NCBI GenBank assembly: GCA_043228905.1
Contig: JBHGNT010000013.1
Span: forward strand, 14,632,001 to 14,696,000
From: Azolla caroliniana
Lineage: Eukaryota; Plantae; Polypodiophyta
DNA length: 64,000 bases
Direction: 5' to 3'
The notes under the pieces were generated by a model. That model searched no databases. It saw only the letters and a list, made by a program, of their open reading frames with translations, and had not been told where the DNA came from. The position numbers and the translations under genes were made by a program. Positions 11,701-24,950 of this stretch are shown here, one piece after another. The first letter of the stretch is position 1. Each line of letters opens with the position of its first letter.

Positions 11701-13655
11701 TCTAATAAAATAATAACCTTATTTTATTAAACTAGCTTTGAGTTCGGATTTTTTGTAAGGAACCAAGGTGTTCTTAGCCTGGTTGAAACTATAGAATTCT
11801 TGAGCTTTAAGCATTTTATATTTTAGTAGATAGAGGGGGAATGAAAGTTGGGTTTAGTCCATTCTATTCATGGTAAGAAACTTAATGAAAGATCATGTGT
11901 TATCATCTCCAGTCCCATGTGCCTTAATAAAATGCTCGAGCATGGCTATCAAGATTCAAAAAACCTACTACTGATCTATGATATTCAGATTATCAATGTT
12001 TATGCATTGTGTTACACATCTTGCATTTTGTTTGCTTTTGCTTCACAGGCTTTGGACTTCAGTCACTCAAGAGGGATCATGCACCGCGATGTTAAGCCCA
12101 ACAATGTGATGATTGATCACAAACAGCGCAAATTAAGGCTCATTGATTGGGGCCTTGCAGATTTTTATCATCCAAACCAGGATTATAACGTTCGCGTAGC
12201 ATCAAGGTGCGAATTATGGCATTCTGGCTTTCCGAAATTTATAATATATATTTCTAAGCAACAATTTTTAATATTTCTTTAAGCAATTCAGGTTTTTTAA
12301 AGGACCAGAACTTCTAGTAGGCTTACATCATTATGACTACTCTTTGGATATGTGGAGTTTGGGTTGCATGTTTGCAGGAATGGTAAGCCTTGTATTCATC
12401 AGAATGTTGGAAAGCACCTTGTTTGTGCCTTTTAAGTTTTTCAAGCGTGAACTCATAATTATTTTCAGATATTCCGAATGGACATCTTCTTTCGTGGAAA
12501 GGACAATGAAGATCAACTTGCACAGATTGTGAAAGTAATTTCCAAGTTCACTTCTTTTAATACACTATTATTAAATATAATCAACATCTAAACTATAGCA
12601 TGATTATGATATGGGCATTTAGGTGTAAATTAAATTATCCACCAACTCCTAATTTATCTTGCAGGTGCTTGGAACTGATGATTTGAATGCATATCTTCAG
12701 AAATATCATATTAGGCTAGAGATGGACCTAAACTCTCTGATAGAAGGTGACAATAACTTAGTACTCTCATATTCAATGTTTCATTATCAATGTATACAAT
12801 AGGATCATGTATATCATCTCTCTTAGAGTAGAAGGTTTTGTGACATTCATTAATCTACTGAGAATTTTTTTAAATGTGATTGAATTTTATTTGTATATAG
12901 AAACATTTAGATTGAGATGTTAATGTTTAGGTTGTCTTGTATCCTAAATATAACAGCTTTTAGTATCATAATCTAGATCATTTTTTATGCCGAAGAGGTT
13001 ATTCATGTAATGTTTAGCATGAAGAGAAACAGAATTCCCTGTGAGACATTGTTCTAATTTATTATTAGCCGGATTTTAAACTTTGATTAAATATGGGGAA
13101 GGGGATTAGTTTTGGTTCAAGCATTTTTTTTATATATTCATTGATTAGCTCATCTACATACACTGTTGAAAATGCACTTTTACATATTTTTGTATATGGT
13201 TAGTAGAAAACTGATCTCTTTCTGTCCTTGATTATCCATCAATATCTAGAGAAGTAATAAAATATCATCACTCTGCTTGAATGTTAATATTAATTTTATT
13301 TATGAATGATTACTGCATGTATAGGCAGACAAAGCAAAACCTCATGGTCAAGTTTCAAAACATCCTCTAATGAGCATTTGATCACTCCAGAGGCAAGTGT
13401 TTGGAATATCTGAAGGAACATTGGCATTCAAAAGATATATAAATTGACATGATGACATGTGCAGGCTGAAGATCTATTAGACAGACTTTTGCGTTATGAT
13501 CATCATGAGAGGTTAACAGCAGGAGAGGCCATGGTATGTGGACAAGTTTTGTAGTATTAAATATTTTCCGTAAACCTCAAGTAAAAAAACATGATGTGAT
13601 TTATTTGCAGAATCATCCCTACTTCTATCCGGTGCAGAAGTGTGCAGCATCATAA
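8716..13655 (+). CDS. CK2A: Casein kinase II alpha catalytic subunit with an N-terminal transit-peptide-like extension; 10 exons (8716-9020, 10674-10803, 11493-11687, 12049-12206, 12292-12382, 12469-12534, 12665-12746, 13325-13392, 13465-13533, 13611-13655)
   Basis: [80 protein letters not shown]. Splice sites keep the frame. The Ser-rich N-terminus suggests organelle targeting (inference). Confidence 0.93.
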
Positions 13656-15624
13656 TGCTATACCAATTGTGATTTTATTTCCTTTTTGTGGGGGGACAAT
13701 CCCCTCAAGAGCATGATTGCTTGTGGCTCTCTTCAAGGATACAGGGGTTTCTCTGCCCTTGATCAAGGTTTGGTTTGGATAACTGATTTCTGGCCACATG
13801 AATGTAAACTGTTAACAGTTGTACAGCCAGATTCTGTCTCCATCCTTGATTTGCAGATCTAGGGTGACTGTTCATTACATTCTTCAGAAATGAAGATAAT
13901 CATTAATAAAAAGGTCAATATACATATATTGAGTTTTTTCCCCCCTCAGCAATCATTGTACTTCTCAACATCCTAATGTTTTTTCTCCTTGTGTCCCACA
14001 ACTAACTCTAACCATGATTTTGGTGTTTTTGATGAGTATTTAATCAAATTTTTCATTGCTGCCAAAGATATGCAGAAGGATATCTTTCTTTGTGCTTTTA
14101 CATTAAGACAAATTTCACATTCAAAGGATGGTGGTATCATTGGATAACGCATACTTCCTTCCAGAGAAGAAGGGGAAGCGAATCTTCATTGTAACATAAA
14201 TAGTGATTGCTTTCAACGACTTATTATTGTGGGGGTGGATGGTGATCTCAGCAGAAAAGAACTTTTTTACTTGGAGTCGTTCAGCTTTGACTATTACATA
14301 AAAAGAAATTTGCTGAGACATCCTAGAAATTTCTTCTGTATTCTTTGTATTTTTTCACCAAATATTGAAGGAATCAAGAAGTTTTGAAGCGCAGTGCTTG
14401 TACTGTGTTTAGCTCAGTTACTATTATAACGTTATAAATGTATCTTGTAAATTATTGTTATTGATTTGGGGCGTGTACTGGATTTCATACCACTATGAAT
14501 ACCTCTTCATATCAACTGCTGTACATAGCTCAGGATTCTGATTTCACATCCTCTTAAAATGTCATAAAATTATCATAAATTGTACTCTACTGCCAGACTA
14601 AATTATTTTGTTCTGTAGTAAATGGCATTTTGCACTAGTCTCTCATGGGTTGAAGGTTTTAGTCTTGATAGGTAAACGCGGTGCAAGGGAAATCGTAATG
14701 AATACCTTAATTAAAGAGTATTCACTATCCTCATAGTTCTTATGTAATGATAAAAGCACTAGCACTGACATTCTTGAAAACATCAAGATAGCTATTGCAA
14801 CACCTGATATAAATGAAACAAGTTTATGTAACCATGACTACCTTGCAAGCTTCACTTGCTCACTATTTTTTGAAATTTCAAACTAACAGACATCTTAAGG
14901 AAAATTTTGTGGAACCTACAAATAGAAGATATGCACACAATAGATTATTGTCATTAAAAATGATGTCACATGTACTTTCTATGCAGATACATGATAATAT
15001 GGAAAGCAAACCATAAATCTAGAATTAGCTAAGTAGTTACTTAAAAGAGTTCACCATATACAGCATATTTTGATGCAACAATAATGTAACGAGCATATAA
15101 AGTTGCAAAATGTGAATATGAACTTGTCCTATAACTGCACCTACGTTTGGTTACTGCAATTGGTAATAGAGCCCTCAGGGGACAGAAAACGTTGCACTTT
15201 ATAAATGGAGCTTTTGATTATCTAATATAAAATTTGCTATAGTTTCTGATTAAAAGCATGTGATTCACTGCAAAATCCCTCTCAAAAAGGAAACATAGGA
15301 AAACTCTAAACAAATTCTAGAGGTAATTATTTCAAAATAGCTTATATTGTTGAGTATATTATAGTATAGTATACCAAGGGTGTGATCTTAAGAGAATGAA
15401 TCTTCCCATCAATCCAATAATCTCTTTAAATACATGGTTGCCTCTTACTTTGCAAAAGCCAATCGAGGATATTGCTTCCAAAATACCTCAAAAAGCAAGC
15501 ATGAAAAGTGGCTTCACTTCTGGAATTTGGTATACATCTCAGAATCTTTTCAACCCACAAGAAGGAAGTTTTCACTCTTCCATCATCTAGTCTCCATGAG
15601 CTCATACTTAACCTCAATTATAAT

Positions 15625-18600
15625 TTACACAGTCCGTTTCCTCTTTGAGCGTTTGCCTTTTTTTGCTGAATCTTCTGATTGGCCAAGGTTGTAAATTTCC
15701 TCCAAAGAGTCCTGCTACAAGAAGCAGTTTGTTTAGTACATACAAGAGAGGATAAAAACAGATAAATCATCACTACACCATATGTTCACATGTGTATCTA
15801 CTGGTAAGAAATAACAATCCATCCAAAATATGAGCAAGAAAAACCTATCATTGTTTATAATCATTATATAAACGACACTCAAACAATTATTGTAAATTGG
15901 CGTGTCAAATTTGCAATTTAGCTAATTAAGAAACTTGTAGATATATTTAAGTGGGCCTTCTGTATAAATCGAACTGAATGAGTAGTAGAATAGAGCATAA
16001 GAATATTTATTTTCAGCCAGCTAGGTGACTTCAGAAGTTACTTAAACCAAGAATTACACCCCAAATTAAATTCATCTTTTCTCGTGATACCTTGGCATTT
16101 GACAGATCTGCAGTGTCATCTTCTGCTTCATCATCGTCACTTACATCCTCCTCATCACCTGAGGTTGACTCAGCTGCCTCAGCTGCCTTTTTGGCAGCTT
16201 CAGCTCGTTCTGCCTTCTTCCGTGCTTCCTCCATCTTCAGTTGCCGAAACCTGCCACAAAACGTGCTTGGCTATTTTATGGGATGTAAAGGTAAAGAAAG
16301 TCAGTGAAACCATATAAAAATGCATCAGAAGTTCAGAGGAAGGCAAATCTCAGACGGTGAACAAAAAAAAGGTAGATAAAAAAAACATTGGTAACGTAAT
16401 GATGATGTACAAATACCTTTCCCCACGAGTATCCTTTTTCTCAAGGAGCGGAGGAGGACTACTGGATCTCAATGCTTGACCAGCACTTATAATATCCTCC
16501 CCATCCACACTTGTAGGAGGTTTTGCACCAACCAATTTCCGTAAAAATACTTGTTGTCCTGTACTTAGGATATTATTTGTCAACCTAACCCAAAAGAAAA
16601 TCATAATGTAATTAGAATATTATTTGTCAGCGAGACAGGTTAAATCACAGACCAAAGTGACAGAATTACATTGTCACCAAAATATGTTCTAACTATAGAA
16701 AATCATCTTCTGCATGTGGCAAGTCCAACAATATCTATAACCATAATTGCATCACAAGCCAACATTTGCTTCCATCTAGGTATAAGAATTTATTTAGACT
16801 AACAAGTGTTGAATATAGGAGAGTACACAAGAATGACTATCAGTTATTGATGCATTCTAGATCATTTCTTGTAAGGATTTAACATAACGAGTGAGCAGTA
16901 GCACACTGTGCTGAAATGACTCTTTTCTTCACGGTTCGTGGACTGTCTTTATCTAGATCTCTCTTTTTCATTCCTATTTGGTGTATCCAATTACTTATAT
17001 CTCCCTTTATCAAAATTGCTTTATACGAAGGCAATATCAGTTTTTCTTTTCCTGTCCACAAATCAGCATCTTGTTACTAGGAAGTCAGTAAGAGGTAATC
17101 TTACTGAATCGGTCTCAGCTCTCAACGTTTCTTTTTTTTATTGCAACAATGATTTATTTATGAGCTGAAATCATATGCGGCCTTCTGATTCCATTGGACC
17201 TTTTGGCCTCCTTAGCGATGTCAATACAATCTTTCCGTCTCTCAACAGCCTAAGAACCAGCAGAAAAAAACAGAACGTTACCAATAAAGACTGAGACCAG
17301 ATGGTACTGAAAGAGCAAAGTAGCCAATCATCAAAGGAAGAAACTTCAGGATAACTTGTGTATTCTTCTGGCTGGGATCATCAGACTGGATAAGAAACCG
17401 AAGTATTAGAATCTTAACAACGAAAATCAAAAGGAGAACGTAGCACAAGATGCACGTAGAAGCATCTACCTGTGGAGGTTGCATTATTTGCATTGAAACG
17501 TACTGTGAGATTATCAGCAACACAGGCAGTACAAGGTATGCGATAGTATCACCCCAGCCAAGAGGTGGAGCACCATCCTACATCAGAGAGTAAGAGTCAC
17601 TTAAAGTTCCATGGCACGTGCACACGTGAATATTAGAACATTATCAAAATATTCAAGATGTTGGAAAAGAATTTACAACAAAAGGGAAGAGCCATGAAAT
17701 GCCACTTCCACTTTGGCGGGCTGAAATAGTTGTTGGCCCAGCTAGGGATGGAATCCAGAAGAAACCTTCTGTTAACAATCCCTGATGAAAATAATCATTA
17801 ATATAAATTAAATGACAAAAGGATACACCGTCAATATGATGGTAAGAAGTTTTAAGGCTAAAAAAATGGTATGAAACCATCTATATTTCTATCACAAATA
17901 CTTGAGCACAAAAGAATCTAGTTCATTACACCTCATTTGCAACATTTGATAAGGCTCGATAAAGCCCTATCCAGACTGGGATAGTTGCCAAAGTGGGTAA
18001 GCAGCCTGGAAATACAAGAGTGACAGTGAGAAAAAGATTCATAGCACAAGCGATAATACACTAGCAAACACTTGCTGCCTATTTACCTGCTAGAGGATTC
18101 ACGCCTGCTTGTTTGTAAAGCCGTGCTGTCTCAAGTTGTATCTTCTCCTAAAAAAGATGACACATCTTGTGCAGTGTTACAAATTTTTTACGGTTTGATA
18201 AGCAACCCAAATTTGCACAACACTCAAGATTATCATGGATATATCCATGAAATACCAGAATTACAAGGAAATTTTGAAGGTCATTATGAATTGTTACACG
18301 ACAGTGATCTCATGTTGCATGACCTATTTTTAACACATCCAATTACAAGCCAATCACTACTTCTGGTTGCTTAAAGTACCCATATATTACTGATTTTACT
18401 TTGACATCTGTAATACAACATGGATATATCTTGAAGAGGACATTTCTTCGAATTGATGTAAATTATAGGTCTAGATATTTTCCTCGTGCCTGCATAATAT
18501 TACTATCTTTCATAAAATACAACTAAGACATACACCAACTTATCAGATACTTCACATGCAAATGATCAACAATAAAAGACATCCAGCTGAAACATAAACA

Positions 18601-21359
18601 AATGATTGTCTTCTCAAAGAAACTTGCCAGTCTTTAGCCTGAGTGTGTTCCTCTCTTTCCCTAAGCATCAATATTTAACCTAAAAGCATTTCTTCAGCTA
18701 TAATACCATTCCAGGTCATGAGTGAAAAGGACCAAGCCATATTCAACTTGCAACATGTTTAAATTGAGATTTCAAAATAGAGAAAACCTGATTTCCAGCA
18801 TAGCGCTGCTGAATTGCTTTGATTTTTGGTGCCAAACTCTGCATCGCTAAGCTTGACTCCAGCTGTACCAATGAATTAGACAAACGGCATTACTATCCTC
18901 CAAATGAAGCTCACAAAAAACAAATAAGTTTAATAGAATTTCGTACTTGCTGCTTTGACAAAGGAAAAGTTGCAAGCTTGACAAGAATCGTCAACAAAAT
19001 AATTGCAAACCCGTACGAATAAGGCACATGCACTGCTTGGAGGCCATTCTTCAAAACCTGTAACATGAAAGTCATAAACAACTGGCTGAAGATACCCAGC
19101 AAATGAATGCAAGAAATAGTGTTTATAACTAGCATAAACTAAATTCTGACTAGATACTCTCTAGGATTCTTCAGAGGGTATCTTCTTTCCCTTCCTCTCT
19201 CTTCCATGTCCCTCTTTTCACCAAAACCATGTGAATAGCAAGGACATGACTACAAGAGCCCACAATGTAAACATACACATCAAGGGTCTGTCTTAATCGA
19301 TTTCCAAGAAGAAATCCATTTGAAACACAAAGGAAGTATACATGTACATGCATAGATATAACTAGGTCGTGCAAGAAATTACGGGGCCACAGATATCCCT
19401 ATTGAGATACAGTCTGGACTTGCTATGGTCTGAACAACCCATGGGATTGCATATAACAAGTTGTTTTGTAGCAGAACCTACTATTCATTCTACTCTCTTC
19501 ATGCTATTTTGAGATCAATGCTTGTCTCCCGTCTACCACATTAAGCCGCTTGGCTATGTTCTAAAACATGTGTTACCAGCTAGCTATGATTGATTTAGGG
19601 ATGTCTAGAATCTATTTTGTTTACTCACTAAATATGCTTAATCTCATGATTAAGAGAGATCCCTCTAACATCTTGTATTGGATCCATCAAGAGGATGCTC
19701 CATTCCACAATAGGTCCAGTGGTTGGATGTGTCCTTGACACGCACTTCTAAGTAGTATGGGATGCGTTTAAGTTTTTGATTCACTGATTTGCATCAGCTA
19801 ATGGGAGTAATGGTTGAGCTGGTCAGAAATACCTACAGCTTCTATATGGTTTAGTAATCAATCGTGGATAGTCTTTTATTTATTGTGGTTAATTATTGCC
19901 AATTATGCTAGATCCTCTTTACTAAAAGTTGGTTCCAATCCATCAAAAGTATGATCCCCTGTACAGTAGTATTGGTGGTTGGCTATATGTCCTATGTGTC
20001 TGCTTCCAAGTTTCAGACTCCTTTGGGCGTAGTACATGACACATAAAAGATGCATATTCGTTTATTGGCCTTGGCTTGAAGGGAAGCGAGGTTCTCCATT
20101 TGTTGTAAATTTAAACTGCTGTGTTCAAATTTTCCTACACATACATATCTCTGGAATCATTTTTCATTTCTAGATAATGATGGCTGATTATTACAGCCTA
20201 CTCAATTAGGAGAGGTTCTCCTAACAATATTTTGTTAAAATCCTTCCAAAGCTAAGGTATAAGGATTTTAATTTTGGAAACAGGAGACATATGGGAGGAA
20301 CACAAAAAAAAGGAAATAAAAATCTAACTGAAGAATGGATCCCAACCATAATTCATAGATTTCAATTCTTACGAAGGAAGAGAGATTAAAACATAAAAAA
20401 AAAGAGCTTCAGAATGGATTCTAACTCATGAATTTTAGTGCTTACAAAGGAAGACAGATTTTCTGAAACGTCAAAATAAGTAATCTACCATTGCAATGGA
20501 TACAGCCCATGTATTCAAACAACAGGATACGAAGAAGAAGAATCTAGCTTGAGAAATCATTCCAAGACACACATTTTACTGTTTACAAAGGAAGATAGAC
20601 GCAATAGGTCAAAATAAGAGGAATAAGAGTATCTAACTTGAGAAATGATTGAATATCACATATTAATGTATATGATTACTAAAAAAGATAAAACTGGCAC
20701 ATAATTCCAAAAAAGACTTGAATGAATTCCATTAAATATAATGCTTACAAAGGAAGATAAGCCATACCAAAATAAGAAGAAATTGTTTTTACAATGACAA
20801 TGGTTTCTAACGCACTGTTAATGTATTTTTCAATGATTCCAAAGTAAGAACATTTGAAACATCAAAATAAATAAGAATACCAATGATGTTAATGCTTGTG
20901 ATGGAAGATAGATTGCAACATCGAAAACCAATAGAAGAAGAAGAAGAAGAAGAAGAAGAAGAAATCTACCTTGAGAATAGATTCCATACCATCGGTGAGA
21001 CCACTCAGCCAATCACGATTCTGTTGTTGGGGCGCATCAACAGAGACTGCAGCATCAGAGGTAGCAGAAACTGCAGCATCCGCGAGGGTGTAAAGGAGGC
21101 CTTCAGCTCTTGTGAGCAGCTCGGGAAAACCTCTAGAAACGAATTCCGATGCAGAGTGGAGGTCATGGAAGCTAGCACGGACAGTGAGGAGGGCAAAGCC
21201 AGAAGGAGCATGGAATCTTCGTCTACCGTGAGGAAGATCGAAGTGGAACCTTCGGAGCGAGGAAGAAGACGAAGGAGAAGAGATGAAAGAGTTATTTATG
21301 TTGCTGCAGGTGGCTGTGGCAGTGGCTGTAGCTGTGGCTGCAGACAAGAAAGACGCCAT
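15625..21359 (-). CDS. ALB3: Chloroplast thylakoid membrane insertase ALBINO3 (YidC/Oxa1/Alb3 family), about 11 exons
   Basis: AEGLLYTLADAAV, VPYSYGFAIILLTILVKLATFPLSKQQ, LLTEGFFWIPSLAGPTT, KFLPLMIGYFALSVPSGLSLYW, GERFRQLK and the C-terminal KRSKRKR typical of ALB3. Ala/Ser-rich transit peptide. Confidence 0.94.
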
Positions 21360-21439
21360 GGCTATGGCGAAAGGTATGAAAACAGGGCTAATTCTAAGGC
21401 ATCATCATTATCATAAGGAGCTACCACAGAAGTAGTAGT

Positions 21440-21699
21440 AGTATGTATGTATGTATTGTATTGTACTGTATTCATATTGTATGGTAATGTATCTAACCAT
21501 ATAATGTATTTTCTTGTATGTAAGACTGTATGTATGTATATAATGTATTGTATTGTATGTATGTATGTATGTATATAATGTATTGTATTGTGTGTATGTA
21601 TTGTATGTATGTATACAATGTATTGTATTGAATGTATGTATATAATATATTGTATGTATGTATGTATGTATGTATGTATGTATATAATGTATTGTATTG
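21440..21699. repeat. Compound (TATG)n/(TATTG)n microsatellite-minisatellite, left part
   Basis: Recurring higher-order unit TATGTATGTATAYAATGTATTGTATTG. The array resumes at 29382-29447. Confidence 0.9.
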
Positions 21700-22412
21700 G
21701 CTCGTGTCTATTCTGCATCAAATCATAAAGAGGGCTGGTGAGGGAATCGCGGCCACAGACGGTGTAGGTCGCTTAGAGGAACGCGCGTGCGATCTGCACC
21801 GTCAGATTTCGATAAGGAAGAACGCGCGAAAAAAAAAGTTGTCAGAGGTCGCCCAACTCTGAGTCGATGGTCGCCCAACCCTGTCAGAGGTCGCCCAACT
21901 CTGAGTCGTTGGTCGCCCAACTCTGACTGTTACAATTCTGATTGTTGCAAGTCGCCCAACCGTTTTAGGTCACCCAACCCTGACATTTGCAGGTTGCCCA
22001 ACCGATTGGTCGCCCAACCGTTGCAGGTCGCCCAACCAAATGTATCATTTCGACCAAAATCTTCAAATAAGCTTGTTCATTACCCTTAAAACTTACAATA
22101 ACATATCAAACAGTCACAAAATCCAACCTTAAATTATTCAAAATCGACGATCTTTACCATACTTATGTTAAAACAAATAATCATATTAAAACATAAAAGT
22201 TAAAAGTTAAAAAACATAAAACTTAAAACAGAGAACGTAAATCCACTTTAAACACCGTAAACCCAAATCAAAGGATGACATACTTGAATAAGGAAACTTA
22301 AAACATAAATCAACATATGACATACTCCCAAATGCACTCATAAATCAACATAAATCCACTTGAAACATTGTAAACCCAAATGCACCGGTCCGCAAAACCA
22401 CCCAAGCTATGT

Positions 22413-24950
22413 TTATGGCTCATCCAGAGATGATGGCAAGATGCGACCACAATTCTTGCAACAATCAACATTTGAGTCCCTTGATCTAAAGGTCAAGGCA
22501 TCGCAATGCAAGCATCGCATCTTCTCTGTTGCACATATTGGCAACCGCCTCCTAGCTCGACTTGCGCCTCTTTGCATTTTTCCTGTGTGTGCCTTGCAAG
22601 TGTTTGGGGAGCTACCAATAAGATCTTGTGAAATGTTGATTGATGCTCCCCTTTTTGCACCAATTGCTTGCCTACGCCCTATGGATCCACGGTCTTCTTC
22701 ATTGGTTGGTTTCGGTGCACCTAGGTGATACACCAGCGTCTGACCTATTTCTTCAATGGACTCTATACATGCCAAAATTGTTGCACGGTCAAGGGATCGT
22801 AACCCTTGCCTAAGACATTGAATAGCCCCCTCAACCGTTTGTATTTTCGACTCCCATTCCTCCATTTGTGATGTTATAGGGTTTGTCTCCTCGACTGGTT
22901 CTACTTCTATCTCCACTTCCGTCTCTGTGAAATGGTCATTGCGCATATGGGTTGCATGATCTATAAAAGGCAATGACCCACATAGATGTGGCATGTGCCT
23001 CTCAATAATCATCCTGATGCCGAGTATATGCTTACATTTACTCGTAGGGTCTTGGCAATCACAATATGAACATTGGAGCGATACATTATACCATACATTC
23101 GGTTTTGTCAAGCTCAATATTTTAAACCAATATTGGGGCTCATCCACAATATGCATTGTCGCATCATTAGTTTCATACCTCCCTAGTAGCCTTTCGGCCT
23201 CTTTAAGTCTTGTTGTTTGATCCCTACAATTTGCACGTGGTGCAAATCTACCACTCTCACATATTTCTTGTCGTTGCTTGTACCATTCAATAACAGTACC
23301 CCCGATGTAAGTTCCAGTTTGACTGTCCCCGATTAAAACATGCACAAGATCGGTAATTGATCGGTTTATCCTCCCTCTTAAGGCAGTATATTTGATAAAC
23401 TGCCAATGTCTCTCCACGAGATTGGTAGTGTCAACATGTCCGTAGTTGAACATTCTACCAAATTTGGGCCACAGTTTCCTCCACACACATGTCAAGCCAC
23501 ACCATCCTCCTATATATTGCCAAACACCTGGCTTGTTTGCATATTCTACCTTTAACTCCTCACATTGGGCATTGAATGTGGATTCCGTAATGCATTGCAT
23601 GAGTTGGCACATCCGATTATAAAGATGGTTTCTCTTAGTTACACTTACCTTTGGCAACAAATTGTCCAACCATGCTTTTTTTGCGTCGAAGTGACACAAC
23701 AAAAGTCGGCAATGTGTTTGCGACCTTTGCCCATTTGTAACTATCCAAGATAATCGGTCTGTTGCAATCATATTACTTATGGCATTATATGATGTCCAAC
23801 TTTTATCGATGACTATGACATTTGGCCTCACATTGGGCATCCGTGCAAATATGACTCTCAAGCAAGTTTCTAAAGCTACTTGCTCATGGTTAGACCCCTT
23901 ATCAGAACTACATATCATGTACCATAATGGGATACCAACTCCCATGGCATTTGGGGCCACAGCTGCATATAATGGCAAGCCAAATTGGTTTGTTTTAAAC
24001 GTGGAGTCGATTGCCCAAGAGTTGTTTATTGACAATCGCTCACACATCTCTAACATCCATTCATCTTGGAGCACCAAGATGAACGGTTGCCTTGCGGGAG
24101 ATCCATATTCACCAGGCAAGTAGGGTTGGACATGAGCCACCTTCCCAAGATCTCGGAGGGCATAGGCATCTTGCATCATCAAAGACCAATCAACCCCTGA
24201 CATGGCACTCCCAATTTTTAACTTGTTGGCCATGTTATTGACCTCCTTTGGTATCATAAAGAACCTATAACTCACAAGGTCTAATGGACTAGCCTTGGAC
24301 TTATGATATGCTTCCTTACGCATGCTCATTCGTGCCACATGGCGTGCGCAACCAAGATCAAAAAGGTCATCTCTACAACAACTTATAACATTTGGGGCCA
24401 CTGGCAAATAGTACGCATCTGGTCTACTTCCCGGTACATGACCCGTATGAGGTCCATATATTGAAACGGTCACTATCCCATGGTCAACCCCGCCATTCAT
24501 TCGAGCGTTCACATGAAAAGTACACCCACATCGAGATGAATGCTTTCTACGTCGAGTGCATGGATATTGCTTGTTGGCCACACCGCATCGGTGACAATTA
24601 TACCTAGTCACATGTGCACCCCTTGTGATCCCTATACGGAAGCGTGTGTGATACCTCAATTGAACATCTATGAGTGTATCATCAACCCTATGTGCCTCTA
24701 TCTTGATCACTTCTATGGGTCTAGACTTTTTATATTTCACGACACTTGTCCCCTCCATGTCAGATGGAGTTAACCTCGACACAACTTGACAACCACATTG
24801 GTCAATCACTGCTTTCACATACGCACTAGGGATCCCATGGTCACGAAGGTCATTGGACCAAAGTCTCTTTAACTCTAACAGAGTACTTGTCAAAGAACGG
24901 TGCGATGCGCCACAATGTGACACCAATACTATCTCCCTCCATTTCTCTAC
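22413..24950 (-). CDS. MULE DDE transposase with SWIM zinc finger (large exon; true start probably in an upstream exon)
   Basis: IDSTFKTNQFGLPLY (D1), VIVIDKS (D2), LCHFD, TTNLVERHW (E), CDCQDPTSKCKH SWIM. N-terminal CGC...HTGH WRKY/FAR1-like zinc module. CCAG acceptor at 24951-24952. Confidence 0.88.
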   Translation of the reverse strand, partial: VEKWREIVLVSHCGASHRSLTSTLLELKRLWSNDLRDHGIPSAYVKAVIDQCGCQVVSRLTPSDMEGTSVVKYKKSRPIEVIKIEAHRVDDTLIDVQLRYHTRFRIGITRGAHVTRYNCHRCGVANKQYPCTRRRKHSSRCGCTFHVNARMNGGVDHGIVTVSIYGPHTGHVPGSRPDAYYLPVAPNVISCCRDDLFDLGCARHVARMSMRKEAYHKSKASPLDLVSYRFFMIPKEVNNMANKLKIGSAMSGVDWSLMMQDAYALRDLGKVAHVQPYLPGEYGSPARQPFILVLQDEWMLEMCERLSINNSWAIDSTFKTNQFGLPLYAAVAPNAMGVGIPLWYMICSSDKGSNHEQVALETCLRVIFARMPNVRPNVIVIDKSWTSYNAISNMIATDRLSWIVTNGQRSQTHCRLLLCHFDAKKAWLDNLLPKVSVTKRNHLYNRMCQLMQCITESTFNAQCEELKVEYANKPGVWQYIGGWCGLTCVWRKLWPKFGRMFNYGHVDTTNLVERHWQFIKYTALRGRINRSITDLVHVLIGDSQTGTYIGGTVIEWYKQRQEICESGRFAPRANCRDQTTRLKEAERLLGRYETNDATMHIVDEPQYWFKILSLTKPNVWYNVSLQCSYCDCQDPTSKCKHILGIRMIIERHMPHLCGSLPFIDHATHMRNDHFTETEVEIEVEPVEETNPITSQMEEWESKIQTVEGAIQCLRQGLRSLDRATILACIESIEEIGQTLVYHLGAPKPTNEEDRGSIGRRQAIGAKRGASINISQDLIGSSPNTCKAHTGKMQRGASRARRRLPICATEKMRCLHCDALTFRSRDSNVDCCKNCGRILPSSLDEP

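Noticed and set aside
14120-14390. Reading frame containing LIIVGVDGDLSRK (vaguely like G6PD or thymidine kinase)
   Set aside because: Short, with no start codon, no supporting exons and no further motif agreement.
21362-21721. 119-aa ORF rich in Y/I/H/T
   Set aside because: It is a translation of the TATG/TATTG microsatellite.
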